Shown here one piece after another: positions 34,978 to 43,257 of a DNA stretch of 45,099 nt. The notes under the pieces are model-generated. The model made no database searches. It saw nothing but the letters and a program-made list of their open reading frames with translations, and was not told the origin of the DNA. The position numbers and the translations under genes are program-made. Source of the stretch: an uncultured virus (IMG/VR IMGVR_UViG_2061766007_000929) (Duplodnaviria > Heunggongvirae > Uroviricota > Caudoviricetes); the IMG/VR virus record IMGVR_UViG_2061766007_000929; one strand, given 5' to 3'. Each line of letters begins with the position of its first letter. Positions within the stretch are counted from its first letter, which is position 1.

Positions 34978-35196
34978 TCAGATTTTCGTGCCATCGGGAA
35001 GCTCGAAGTAATACACGAACTTCACCCCCATAGCAGCGGCTACCTTCTCTAGTTCCTCAGAGGAATACCGTGCCTTCTTCATCCTGGAACTATAAAGCTG
35101 CGGGGTCATCCCTAGCCTCCGAGCTATCTCAGCATCAGTGATTCTCAGTGCGCTCGCCGCCATGCGAAGCTTCGCACCGAAATCTATGAACGCCAT
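34978..35196 (-). CDS. XRE/Cro-type HTH regulator (72 aa); the only credible minus-strand gene
   Basis: ITDAEIARRLGMTPQLYSSRMK...ELEKVAAAMG; SD AGAAAGGTAGG; own promoter. Confidence 0.85.
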   Translation of the reverse strand: MAFIDFGAKLRMAASALRITDAEIARRLGMTPQLYSSRMKKARYSSEELEKVAAAMGVKFVYYFELPDGTKI

Positions 35197-35221
35197 TTAT
35201 AACACCTACCTTTCTTTTTAT

Positions 35222-35250
35222 ATTATATAGTCTACCCCATAAGTTTTCAA
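35222..35250 (-). promoter_or_regulatory. Leftward sigma-A promoter for the HTH gene
   Basis: Minus strand TTGAAA (35250-45), 17 nt, TATAAT (35227-22). Confidence 0.75.
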
Positions 35251-35298
35251 GTACAATTTGAAGAAACAAAATGATTTTAGAAAAAATAAAGAAAACAC

Positions 35299-35327
35299 TT
35301 GACAATGTACAAGAAAAAGTTTACAAT
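35299..35327 (+). promoter_or_regulatory. Rightward sigma-A early promoter with an A-rich UP element
   Basis: TTGACA (35299-304), 17 nt, TACAAT (35322-27); A tract at 35281-35296. Confidence 0.82.
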
Positions 35328-35359
35328 GGGGTCAAGATGAAAGAACGGAGGGCGACGAG

Positions 35360-35770
35360 ATGAACATTTCTCTGGATATGAAGAAAGCTGAGGCTGTGCG
35401 CCGGATGAAGATGATGGATGTCTTCGGACGTGCGAGGGAAGCGTTCCGCAGGAGCAACAAGGTCATGGTCAGCGAGCCTCCCTTCGGTGGACTGTACGAC
35501 CTGAACGAGCGGCAGAAGGAAGTTGCCAAGCGGCTCCTTGACGAGAACGGCGCTCTGGTGTACATGGTGATTCGTTCCTTCTGTGAGGACATGGAGATGG
35601 AGTCTTACCTGTATGTGAGCGACCACGAAGAAGAGTGGGGCATGGACAGGGATGACATTCGGGAAGGTTACGCGGTGACGTGGACGGAGAACCTGACTTA
35701 CCCGGATTGTTCCGAGTTCGGTTCCATTGGCTTCAGGTCTTGCGGCGGCGGGCTGCTTCGCACGGCGTGA
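35360..35770 (+). CDS. Early hypothetical protein
   Basis: SD GGAGGG; first gene after the promoter; SEFGSIG...GGGLLR C-terminus. Confidence 0.7.
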   Translation: MNISLDMKKAEAVRRMKMMDVFGRAREAFRRSNKVMVSEPPFGGLYDLNERQKEVAKRLLDENGALVYMVIRSFCEDMEMESYLYVSDHEEEWGMDRDDIREGYAVTWTENLTYPDCSEFGSIGFRSCGGGLLRTA

Positions 35771-35781
35771 GGGGGATAACA

Positions 35782-36096
35782 ATGCATAAGATTCGCATTT
35801 ACCAGATTAACAATGAACACTTTCGGGAGTGGGGCTTCAAGAATTATGATTGGTTCTCGGACCACGGGCATGAGAAGATGGACCGGGATATGTACGACCT
35901 GGTATGGGAAGGAGAGACTGAAGCTCAGTTACTCAGCGATATATACGACGATTTCAACCTTTACCCACCAGAGGACTTCAAGGGGCGTCCCATGAGCACG
36001 AGTGATATTGTGGAGCGTGAAGACGGACTGTATTTCGTGGATTCCATCTGCTTCGTTCGGGTGGAATGGGACGATGGAGGTGAAGACCGTGGCTGA
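35782..36096 (+). CDS. YodL-like domain protein
   Basis: RIYQI...F..Y...YDLVWEG...IYDDFN..PPEDFKGRPMSTSDIV...YFVDSICF matches the YodL pattern. Confidence 0.75.
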   Translation: MHKIRIYQINNEHFREWGFKNYDWFSDHGHEKMDRDMYDLVWEGETEAQLLSDIYDDFNLYPPEDFKGRPMSTSDIVEREDGLYFVDSICFVRVEWDDGGEDRG

Positions 36097-36286
36097 AAAG
36101 AAAAGCCTTGTTAGGGCAATGGAAGAAGCCCAGCAAATGAGCATAAAGCAACCCGGCGTTGCGTTCCGCGTGATGGACAAGCCGAGTAAGAAAGCGGTTG
36201 TCAATTCTTCCGATTGGGTTTACCGGGAGCTGGTCTTGGAGGGCTGGCACAATTACTGTACGTTTCGTGACGGAAAGATGATTTGA
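36089..36286 (+). CDS. Hypothetical protein
   Basis: SD GGAGGTGA before GTG 36089. Confidence 0.6.
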   Translation: MAEKKSLVRAMEEAQQMSIKQPGVAFRVMDKPSKKAVVNSSDWVYRELVLEGWHNYCTFRDGKMI

Positions 36287-36300
36287 AAGGGGCGATGGGT

Positions 36301-36585
36301 ATGGTGCTGAACAACATTCACGATGTGGCGAAATGGTATGGGGTGGGAGACCCAGACCGGATTCCCAAGTCGATATACAAGGTGACTGAGTGCGGTGCTT
36401 GGATTCGGTGGGACACCGAATCCACCGTAACGATTGGTTCCATTGTGGAGGGCAGTGATGCGGAGTTCAGTAAAACCTTCACCTTCCCTGTCAGCTCTGA
36501 AACGATTGAGGACTGGATGGAGGAACTGGAAGGGCTGTGCGATGAAGCATGGCGAGAGGCGAATGAGGAGGAAGAAGATGCTTAG
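36301..36585 (+). CDS. Acidic hypothetical protein
   Basis: SD AAAGGGG; YK.TECGAW...IGSIVEGSDAE. Confidence 0.6.
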   Translation: MVLNNIHDVAKWYGVGDPDRIPKSIYKVTECGAWIRWDTESTVTIGSIVEGSDAEFSKTFTFPVSSETIEDWMEELEGLCDEAWREANEEEEDA

Positions 36586-36820
36586 TCTGCAAAAGATTCT
36601 CGACGAGAGCCTGTGGGTTGCCAAGATGCAGGGATACCGGAAGTGCGGTACCTACGCTGAGATTGGCGACCTTGCCGACAGCGAGGATTGCCGGGACTTC
36701 GACCTGGCCGCTACTCAGCCCGAGGACCTGATGGACTTCTACGACGGGTTCTTCAAGCACAGAGGGTTCATTACCATACAGGATTACTACCACAACTACT
36801 ATGTGAGGGGGGTGTCCTGA
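36578..36820 (+). CDS. Hypothetical protein
   Basis: SD GAGGAGG; overlaps neighbours. Confidence 0.55.
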   Translation: MLSLQKILDESLWVAKMQGYRKCGTYAEIGDLADSEDCRDFDLAATQPEDLMDFYDGFFKHRGFITIQDYYHNYYVRGVS

Positions 36821-37002
36821 TGAATGCGTTAGATAAGCTGTGTCCCATGAAGCGGTTGAATGGATACTGCATGGGGGAGTTGTGCGCATGGTGGTTGGAG
36901 TTTGCCAAGGAATGCGCGGTTCCTGTGGCGGCTGGGATTCTGGCAGACAGTACGATTTGCCAAAATGTATGGGAGGAGGAAGAACACGATGCTGAAGTGT
37001 GA
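36820..37002 (+). CDS. Small Cys-rich hypothetical protein
   Basis: TGATG overlap; CP...C..E.CAWW...CA. Confidence 0.55.
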   Translation: MNALDKLCPMKRLNGYCMGELCAWWLEFAKECAVPVAAGILADSTICQNVWEEEEHDAEV

Positions 37003-37222
37003 AGGATATAAGATGTTCCGGGGGATTGGTGAGGTTCGTAACGCCAAGACCGGTCAGCTCATGCGGACGGAAAGGGGCGATTGGCTCTATAAGCCTGAGT
37101 GGGACTGCTGGTATGTGAACGGGTCTAGCTACCCCGCCGAGTGTGTGGCTGTGGTGGGGGATGAAACCGAAGCTGGCTACCGGCCCGATGGTATGGCCGA
37201 CCTCGCCAAAATGGGTGCGTGA
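36989..37222 (+). CDS. Hypothetical protein
   Basis: SD GGAGGAGG before ATG 36989. Confidence 0.55.
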   Translation: MLKCEGYKMFRGIGEVRNAKTGQLMRTERGDWLYKPEWDCWYVNGSSYPAECVAVVGDETEAGYRPDGMADLAKMGA

Positions 37223-37569
37223 GCATGAAGTACATTGACCTGGCCGCTGCCGAGGCGCTTGTTCGGGAGCGGGGCATTCTCGGTGGCGGCTATTCGGGTT
37301 CCGAGCGGGAAGAGGATGTGTGCGATATGCTTGAGGGAGTGCCTGGGATTGAGCTGCCATGTAAGGTGGGGGATGTGCTATACAGGGTTTTCCCTGGCTT
37401 CCCCTCCGTTGGTATTATCCCGGTGACTGTGGAGCGTATTGTTCTCAGCGAATATGAAGGAGAGATTACCGCCAACGGAAACCGCACCTACTACTTCTCT
37501 GATGTTGGGAAGATTCTGTTCAAGACGCGAGATGAAGCTGAACGCTCGCTGATGGAGGGAAAGAAGTGA
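37219..37569 (+). CDS. Hypothetical protein (LPCKVGD...F.TR.EAE family)
   Basis: Motif partly shared with 38188..38499. Confidence 0.6.
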   Translation: MSMKYIDLAAAEALVRERGILGGGYSGSEREEDVCDMLEGVPGIELPCKVGDVLYRVFPGFPSVGIIPVTVERIVLSEYEGEITANGNRTYYFSDVGKILFKTRDEAERSLMEGKK

Positions 37570-37934
37570 CCATAAAGGATTTCACTGTCGGTCAGACAGC
37601 CTATGTCTACGACAATAATGACCGGAGAAACAATCCCGCCTGTGGCTATAGGGAAGTGGTTGTCGACAAGATTGGCCGCTCCTACGTCACCCTGGGCGAT
37701 GCATGGGGAAGCAAGTATGGGGTTGGCTATGGCGGCGGTAACTACCTTGTCGAAAAGGTGGATGCCGGGTCTCCCCGATACCTCTTCAGAACGAAGCAGG
37801 ACTTGGACGATTACCTTGAAGCAAAGGAACTGCGGGTAAAGATTCGCACCGCCTTGGACTGGTGGAACCTTCAGAACCTTCCCATCTCCAAGCTCAGGGC
37901 TATTAAGGAGATTCTGGATGGGGGTGAAGAATGA
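37566..37934 (+). CDS. Hypothetical beta-barrel-type protein
   Basis: GTGA overlap; VGQTAY...V.KIGR.Y. Confidence 0.6.
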   Translation: MTIKDFTVGQTAYVYDNNDRRNNPACGYREVVVDKIGRSYVTLGDAWGSKYGVGYGGGNYLVEKVDAGSPRYLFRTKQDLDDYLEAKELRVKIRTALDWWNLQNLPISKLRAIKEILDGGEE

Positions 37935-38191
37935 TGAGGTATCTACGTGATGAGGATATTGCTGATGCAGTGTGCAGTGTCAAAGTACATAAGGGGTGGA
38001 TGGTGGATTTAACTGAGGTAGCATCGGCTATTTCCGCAATCCCCGCCGCCGACGTTGTGGAGGCGGTCAGATGCCGTGACTGCGTTTACTGGCGTGGCGA
38101 AAATGACTATTGCAAAGGAATTGGCATAGACTTCAGCGAAAACGGCTATTGCTCATTCGGTGAGCGCAAGGACGGAGGGCAGGACGAATGA
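37931..38191 (+). CDS. Small Cys-rich hypothetical protein
   Basis: PAADVVEAVRCRDC..W...C...YCSFGER. Confidence 0.6.
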   Translation: MMRYLRDEDIADAVCSVKVHKGWMVDLTEVASAISAIPAADVVEAVRCRDCVYWRGENDYCKGIGIDFSENGYCSFGERKDGGQDE

Positions 38192-38499
38192 GACTGACGA
38201 AACGCTATCCTAACGGGGTGGTAACGACCGATGATGCCCAGCTTCGTGACATTATCGGAAAGCTCGCCGCCTACGAGGACGCAGAGGAAGAAGGGCGGCT
38301 GGTGGTGCTCCCCAAAAAACTGTATGGGTATTACGAATGGGATGTGACCGGAGTTCGGTACTATGACGGCAAAGTAACGGCCTATTACGTAAAGAATGAA
38401 CAGGTGGAATCCATCATCTTCGAAATCGAAATCGGGGATTCTGTATTCTTCACCCGCGAAGAAGCCGAGGCTGCGTGGAAGGGAGGGCGGGACAAATGA
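38188..38499 (+). CDS. Hypothetical protein
   Basis: RLT...KLAAYED.EEEGRLVVLP...FTREEAE. Confidence 0.6.
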   Translation: MRLTKRYPNGVVTTDDAQLRDIIGKLAAYEDAEEEGRLVVLPKKLYGYYEWDVTGVRYYDGKVTAYYVKNEQVESIIFEIEIGDSVFFTREEAEAAWKGGRDK

Positions 38500-38726
38500 T
38501 TTATGAGAACGTGGTGACTCGACTGAGAAAAGCGGCGGGGCCTGCCATTGACTTCCCGGATACCCTATATGATGAAGCCGCCGATGCCATAGAGGAACTG
38601 AACAAAAGAATCGACTTCTTGATGAACTGCATCTATGAAGCCGAAGATGCTCTCGACAGAGGCGCGGACAACGATTGGGCGAGGGCTGCGTTGGAAAAAG
38701 CGGAGAGGGGGCAGAAATATGTATGA
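38496..38726 (+). CDS. Hypothetical protein (EAADAIE module)
   Basis: ATGA overlap; EAADAIEEL. Confidence 0.55.
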   Translation: MIYENVVTRLRKAAGPAIDFPDTLYDEAADAIEELNKRIDFLMNCIYEAEDALDRGADNDWARAALEKAERGQKYV

Positions 38727-39267
38727 CGAACTGGAAAAGCAGCTGAGATACTGCGCCGATTCCGATAATTACTGCTCCGAGTGCAAGTATCGGGGCGGAA
38801 GCTCGGACGGGTCGAAAATATGCTTGGACTTATTGATGCTTGAAGCCGCCGATGCCATTGAGGAGCGCGACAGGTATGCACTTACCCTCCAGCACGAAAT
38901 GATGGCGGAGGCGGAATCCCACATCGCGTCCGTGGAAAGGTTGAACAAGCAGGTTGAGGAGTTGCAGAAGCAGGTAGCGCATTGGCAGAGAGAACTCGTC
39001 AAGTCTATGTGCGGGGAAACCCTTGCGGAGTTGGAAAAGCCTCGCTGGATTCCCGTGACGGAGCGGTTGCCGAGCGAGGAGCTTTGTTTCTATTCATGCT
39101 ACACAGACAAAGGAGTAATAGTTGAATGTCTTTGGACAAATAATAGAACTGGACTTGGCCCACTTGGCGAGTGGGGATGGAGATTTATGGATGTACCGTC
39201 GCATCAACGTATTACCCATTGGATGCCACTTCCGGAGCCTCCGGAGCCGCCAAAGGAGGAAACATGA
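38719..39267 (+). CDS. DUF551-like domain protein with Cys-rich and coiled-coil N-terminus
   Basis: WIPVTERLP...ITHWMPLPEPP. Confidence 0.7.
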   Translation: MYDELEKQLRYCADSDNYCSECKYRGGSSDGSKICLDLLMLEAADAIEERDRYALTLQHEMMAEAESHIASVERLNKQVEELQKQVAHWQRELVKSMCGETLAELEKPRWIPVTERLPSEELCFYSCYTDKGVIVECLWTNNRTGLGPLGEWGWRFMDVPSHQRITHWMPLPEPPEPPKEET

Positions 39268-39560
39268 GCATCTTAATCATGGGCATGGATATGCCGACAG
39301 ACCATCCGCTGTGGATTGTCGTTCACTCTGACGGAACGGTTGAGGCAAACGAGATAAGCCAGTCTCGCCCTGTCGGATGGCAAACACTACTCAATGCCGC
39401 CGTCCCCGTCCCGCCGCATGGGGATTTGATAGAGCGGGATAAGTTCCGCGAGACCATGTTTATCGGTGAGCAATGCCTTTATTCATGGGACGAAATCGAG
39501 GATGCGATTGATTACGCTCCCACCATTATCCCGGCAGAGCCGCCGGAGGAGGAAGCATGA
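39264..39560 (+). CDS. Hypothetical protein (GMxMP...PPHGDLI...APTIIPAE family)
   Basis: Junction motif start; paralog of the 40619 and 40834 genes. Confidence 0.6.
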   Translation: MSILIMGMDMPTDHPLWIVVHSDGTVEANEISQSRPVGWQTLLNAAVPVPPHGDLIERDKFRETMFIGEQCLYSWDEIEDAIDYAPTIIPAEPPEEEA

Positions 39561-39718
39561 GCATAGAAGACGCTATCGAACTGATTCGCTCCAAGTATGA
39601 GGACAACAAGGACAAGAAGTGGGTGAAGAATCCCGTGGCGTACACGCTGTATGAGGTATGGAAAATCGTAGATAGTAAGGTTGTGTATAACCCATCTGAA
39701 CCGGAGAAAGAAGCATGA
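39557..39718 (+). CDS. 53-aa hypothetical protein (not in ORF track)
   Basis: MSIEDAIELIRSKYE...NPVAYTLYEVWK...EKEA; ATGA overlaps at both ends. Confidence 0.6.
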   Translation: MSIEDAIELIRSKYEDNKDKKWVKNPVAYTLYEVWKIVDSKVVYNPSEPEKEA

Positions 39719-39900
39719 GCGAATCCCGATGCTGCTGTAACTGCCGCCGAAACATCCGTACCGGCAAGCCCGGTAAGGTAGCGTGTCATTGCGAGATAGA
39801 CGGTCACTACATAGGCTATGTGGAGTGCTTTGAAGGCTGGTGCAGACGGTGGGCGAGAGAAACGAAGTGGGATAATGACGGAGGGAAGCACGATGTATGA
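39715..39900 (+). CDS. Small Cys-rich hypothetical protein
   Basis: CCCNCRRN...CHC...C...WCRRW. Confidence 0.55.
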   Translation: MSESRCCCNCRRNIRTGKPGKVACHCEIDGHYIGYVECFEGWCRRWARETKWDNDGGKHDV

Positions 39901-40273
39901 CGATTTGGTGAAGCGGCTACACAACGCGCCGGAAGATATGAACGATGGATGGGCCGTTGTGCTGGTGATGGAAGCCGCCGATGCCATAGAGAAACTTATT
40001 GAAGTTATCCAAAATCATGACTTTCTTGAAAGTCTTATAAAGCCCCACTGGGTTCCGGTGACGGAGCGGTTGCCGGAGAGCGTTGACGATGATGTACTTG
40101 TTACCGATGGGGACGGTTATGCGGTGGGCTATTGGAGACCCGATGCGCAAGCGTGGGACAGCACGGACTTCGGATGGCTGGAGAACCGTAGTGAGCCTCC
40201 CTGCGGAATTCATACCGTCACTCACTGGATGCCACTTCCACCGTTGCCGGAGCAGACGAAGGAGGAAGCATGA
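39893..40273 (+). CDS. DUF551-like domain protein
   Basis: EAADAIE; WVPVTERLP...VTHWMPLP. Confidence 0.7.
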   Translation: MYDDLVKRLHNAPEDMNDGWAVVLVMEAADAIEKLIEVIQNHDFLESLIKPHWVPVTERLPESVDDDVLVTDGDGYAVGYWRPDAQAWDSTDFGWLENRSEPPCGIHTVTHWMPLPPLPEQTKEEA

Positions 40274-40440
40274 TAACCAAATGTCCGTTTCCTTGCATAG
40301 TAAAAAGCCCCTATGGAACCTGCGTAGCTGGACGTTGCATGAACTCTGAATATCGAAGTTTGTGGAACGGGGACAAGCTAGACCCGCGTAAAATGAGAGA
40401 ATACCAAGGTCAAACAAAGCCGCCGAAGGAGGAAACATGA
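40270..40440 (+). CDS. 56-aa Cys-containing hypothetical protein (not in ORF track)
   Basis: MITKCPFPC...KPPKEET; junction motif at both ends. Confidence 0.55.
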   Translation: MITKCPFPCIVKSPYGTCVAGRCMNSEYRSLWNGDKLDPRKMREYQGQTKPPKEET

Positions 40441-40622
40441 AAATCATCGTTGACAAGCTCCCCACAACACCGAAAGAATGTTTGTTTGCCAAACGGAATG
40501 TGGAACGAGGATATATCTGTCCATTACAGCATTGCTCTTGCAGTATAGAGCTTGGATTGAGCAAGTGTCCGTGCCTCTGGACAGACAATGCCGATGTGGA
40601 ACCGCCGAAGGAGGAAGCATGA
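40437..40622 (+). CDS. Small Cys-rich hypothetical protein
   Basis: MKIIVD.LP..P.EC.F...; junction motif at both ends. Confidence 0.55.
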   Translation: MKIIVDKLPTTPKECLFAKRNVERGYICPLQHCSCSIELGLSKCPCLWTDNADVEPPKEEA

Positions 40623-40846
40623 GCGTACTGATAAACATGGAGATGCCGACAAGCCCGGTTCTGTTCTGCATCCATCCAGACGGGAAGGTTTTTGCTGACC
40701 TTGAGGGCGGGTGGAGAGAGTACAAGGCCATCCCCGTCCCGCCGCATGGGGATTTGATAGACCGTGACGCATATCAATATTCCGGCGACCTCATGGACGA
40801 ACCGGTTATTATCCCAGCAGAGGAGGGGTATGAATGTCCGTACTGA
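40619..40846 (+). CDS. Hypothetical protein (PPHGDLI family)
   Basis: 31-nt identity with 39403-39433. Confidence 0.6.
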   Translation: MSVLINMEMPTSPVLFCIHPDGKVFADLEGGWREYKAIPVPPHGDLIDRDAYQYSGDLMDEPVIIPAEEGYECPY

Positions 40847-41124
40847 TTAAGGGCATGGAGATGCCGAAGAACTGTGCGCTTTGCAAATTCCGTGGCGCGG
40901 GTGAAACCTGGTGCCCGTTTACATTGCAAGAGGTTTCTGGAAATACAATCCCGGAGGATTGCCCTCTTGGCCCCGTCCCGGAGCATGGTAGGCTGATTGA
41001 AGCCGAGCCAATTATGAAATATATCGCAGACGGGCTAAACAGCGGAGAGTTTGGGTACGACCAAATCAAAGTGCTTTCGGAAATACAGTATGCGCCCACC
41101 ATCATTCCAGCGGATGACGCATGA
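40834..41124 (+). CDS. Hypothetical protein (GMEMPKNC..C, HGRLI family)
   Basis: SD GAGGGG; paralog of the 39264 gene. Confidence 0.6.
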   Translation: MSVLIKGMEMPKNCALCKFRGAGETWCPFTLQEVSGNTIPEDCPLGPVPEHGRLIEAEPIMKYIADGLNSGEFGYDQIKVLSEIQYAPTIIPADDA

Positions 41125-41174
41125 CCTGAATGGAGAACGCAAGTCCTTGGGATTCGACGGCAGGAGGAAGAGTG

Positions 41175-41378
41175 ATGCCGGAACACGAACACACGCGCAT
41201 CTTTCGCGGCCCCGGTTATACGGTGAAAGCGCACCCCAAGAGCTGCTTCTTCTGTCAGCACTTGACGGACATCTTCTACGACTATACCAACGGCCCCTAT
41301 GGATTCGTGTGCAACCTGGAGGGGGACATCGAAACGGGTATGCGCGGCGTGTGCCCGGATTTTAAGGAGGAAGCATGA
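41175..41378 (+). CDS. Small Cys-rich hypothetical protein
   Basis: SD AGGAGG before ATG 41175; CFFCQH.TDIFYDYTNGPY. Confidence 0.55.
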   Translation: MPEHEHTRIFRGPGYTVKAHPKSCFFCQHLTDIFYDYTNGPYGFVCNLEGDIETGMRGVCPDFKEEA

Positions 41379-41560
41379 CTACTTGTGTAAACCTTGATTG
41401 CCCCTTCATTTGCTACTGCAAGGAGTACAACTACCTTGTTGACCGGGGCGAAGGCTGCGAACACATGGAACAGATTATCAAGAAGGCAAAGCGGTTCGAC
41501 AGCCAGAGAAAAAAGAGAGCCAAAGAGGCCAAAACTACGGACTTAAAGGAGAGCAAATAA
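41375..41560 (+). CDS. Small Cys-rich basic protein
   Basis: Junction motif start; C.N..CPF. Confidence 0.5.
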   Translation: MTTCVNLDCPFICYCKEYNYLVDRGEGCEHMEQIIKKAKRFDSQRKKRAKEAKTTDLKESK

Positions 41561-42006
41561 TGGGCTACGATTCCAACGACTATGATGATGGCAGCATCGA
41601 ACGCTGCCCACACTGCGGCGGAAGCGCCGTTGTGATGGCCTATGGTCCTCCGTTCACCAAGGAAGTCTATTTCTACGTTGTCTGCGAGGACTGTGGCGCT
41701 ATGTCCAGCCCGACAGCAAATACATCGGAAGAAGCAATCCAGAAATGGAACAACCGCACAGAGGATTACCCTGGAAACCCGGACTACGACCCGCGTAAGG
41801 AAGACCACCGTGGAGGTTTGCAGCCAGCCAGTATTATTCGGCATATTCGGTTCTGCGCCGAAGGGAATTGCGACGAATGTTCTCTGAACCTTCTGCTCGG
41901 AAAGGGCAGCAGTACACCAATTCCGTTTTGCAGACATAGGCTAATGCTCGCGGCGGCGGACACCATTGAGCACCTTTTGGAGCGGGAAAGGAGAAGACAT
42001 GGCTAG
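41560..42006 (+). CDS. Lar-family (restriction alleviation)-like Zn-finger protein with a C-terminal Cys-rich module
   Basis: CPHCGG.A...YVVCEDCGA...EEAIQKWNNR. Confidence 0.7.
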   Translation: MGYDSNDYDDGSIERCPHCGGSAVVMAYGPPFTKEVYFYVVCEDCGAMSSPTANTSEEAIQKWNNRTEDYPGNPDYDPRKEDHRGGLQPASIIRHIRFCAEGNCDECSLNLLLGKGSSTPIPFCRHRLMLAAADTIEHLLERERRRHG

Positions 42007-42241
42007 TATGTTCTGCCAGAAGATATACGTCTGTAGAAATGCAGACTGGTGTGCAAGGGATTTCAACCCGAAGTCTGACAACCTAAATTGCTTCGAGGTC
42101 AAGACCCGCTCGGAAGACCTCCGCGCTATGGGCGATGAACAGCTTGCCGAATGGCTGAACCGAATGGAGACAGATGCCCGTTACTATGGGCCGAAGGGAA
42201 AAGCGGCTTGGCTTAAATGGTTGCAAGAGAAGGTGGAGTGA
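41999..42241 (+). CDS. Hypothetical protein (allele 1; allele 2 at 42401..42643)
   Basis: SD AAAGGAG; LRAM.DEQLAEWL...WL.WLQE. Confidence 0.6.
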   Translation: MASMFCQKIYVCRNADWCARDFNPKSDNLNCFEVKTRSEDLRAMGDEQLAEWLNRMETDARYYGPKGKAAWLKWLQEKVE

Positions 42242-42400
42242 TGGGCAGACCTACCGANNNNNNNNNNAAATTGTGACATATGCTCTTTGCAAGTGTTATT
42301 CGGAAGGAACAGTAGTACGCCCAAACCGTTTTGCCGGTATCGGTTGATGCTTGCGGCGGCGGACACCATTGAGCACCTTTGGAGCGGGAAAGGAGAAGAC

Positions 42401-42643
42401 ATGGCTAGTATGTTCTGCCAGAAGATATACGTCTGTAGAAATGCAGACTGGTGTGCAAGGGATTTCAACCCGAAATCCGACAACCCCGAATGCTTCGAGT
42501 TCAAGACCCGCTCGGAAGACCTCCGAGAAAAGAGCGATGAACAGCTTGCCGAGTGGCTGAACCGCATCGAGACAGATGCCCGTTTCTATGGGCCGAAGGG
42601 AAAAGCGGATTGGCTTAAATGGTTGCAAGAGAAGGTGGAGTGA
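42401..42643 (+). CDS. Allelic duplicate of 41999..42241 (assembly artefact likely)
   Basis: Near-identical copy following gap 42258-42267. Confidence 0.5.
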   Translation: MASMFCQKIYVCRNADWCARDFNPKSDNPECFEFKTRSEDLREKSDEQLAEWLNRIETDARFYGPKGKADWLKWLQEKVE

Positions 42644-42927
42644 TGGGCAGACCTACCGAGAAAATGATTCGCTTCGCACACAAAATCTGCTGGTGCCTTG
42701 GTATGGAGACCATCCCTGCCGAGGTTGATTCGGACTTCGATTCCTGCGCGAAGTTCATCAAGGAAAACAAAGGCGAGTTCTATAAGCGGAACCACGAACA
42801 CGACAAATGGCTGCGCGATATGGAAGCCAGCCACCGAACGGATAAATACGTCAGCGAATACAATGTGCCTTACGCTGAAGGTGTGGCGGCTTCGGACTAC
42901 GGGATATTTCCCTGGGGGAACAGCTAA
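42643..42927 (+). CDS. Hypothetical protein
   Basis: TGATG overlap; PTEKMI.FA.KI...F..C.KFI. Confidence 0.6.
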   Translation: MGRPTEKMIRFAHKICWCLGMETIPAEVDSDFDSCAKFIKENKGEFYKRNHEHDKWLRDMEASHRTDKYVSEYNVPYAEGVAASDYGIFPWGNS

Positions 42928-43025
42928 GGAGGAAGCATGAAGTCTGTCGATTACCCCTATAGTTCCGCTCGGAGCGCGATGCTGCGTGGAGAGATTCTAC
43001 AGTGGCTCAAACAGGAGGTGGAGCT

Positions 43026-43244
43026 GTGAAGGTTTCGGAATGTAAAGGCTGTCGCTATTGTGAACGTCGGGTATGGTCTAGCAGCTACAAGCCTGCCAAC
43101 TATCACGAGGTTGGTGTAAGTCACGCGTACCGCTATTGTACGCTTAATAAAGCGAGATGCCTGAAGGTGAAGTTCTGCGCCAGCTACACCAAGGACAACC
43201 CTACGGATGATGCTTACGCCGCCCACATGGACATTTATGGATAA
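43026..43244 (+). CDS. Small Cys-rich hypothetical protein
   Basis: SD GGAGGTGG before GTG; CKGCRYC; preceded by a 30-codon ORF at 42937..43029. Confidence 0.55.
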   Translation: MKVSECKGCRYCERRVWSSSYKPANYHEVGVSHAYRYCTLNKARCLKVKFCASYTKDNPTDDAYAAHMDIYG

Positions 43245-43257
43245 AGGGGGATTGCCA

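Noticed and set aside
41122..41174. Possible TGA readthrough extending the 40834 protein to ...QEEE-stop
   Set aside because: Paralogs end at the same IIPA(E/D) position, so the 16 extra codons look like a remnant rather than recoding.
39253..42940. CRISPR array interpretation of the recurring 15-nt motif
   Set aside because: Spacing is irregular (about 160-1560 nt), the intervals are intact ORFs, the motif is an SD/stop/start unit and no cas genes are present.
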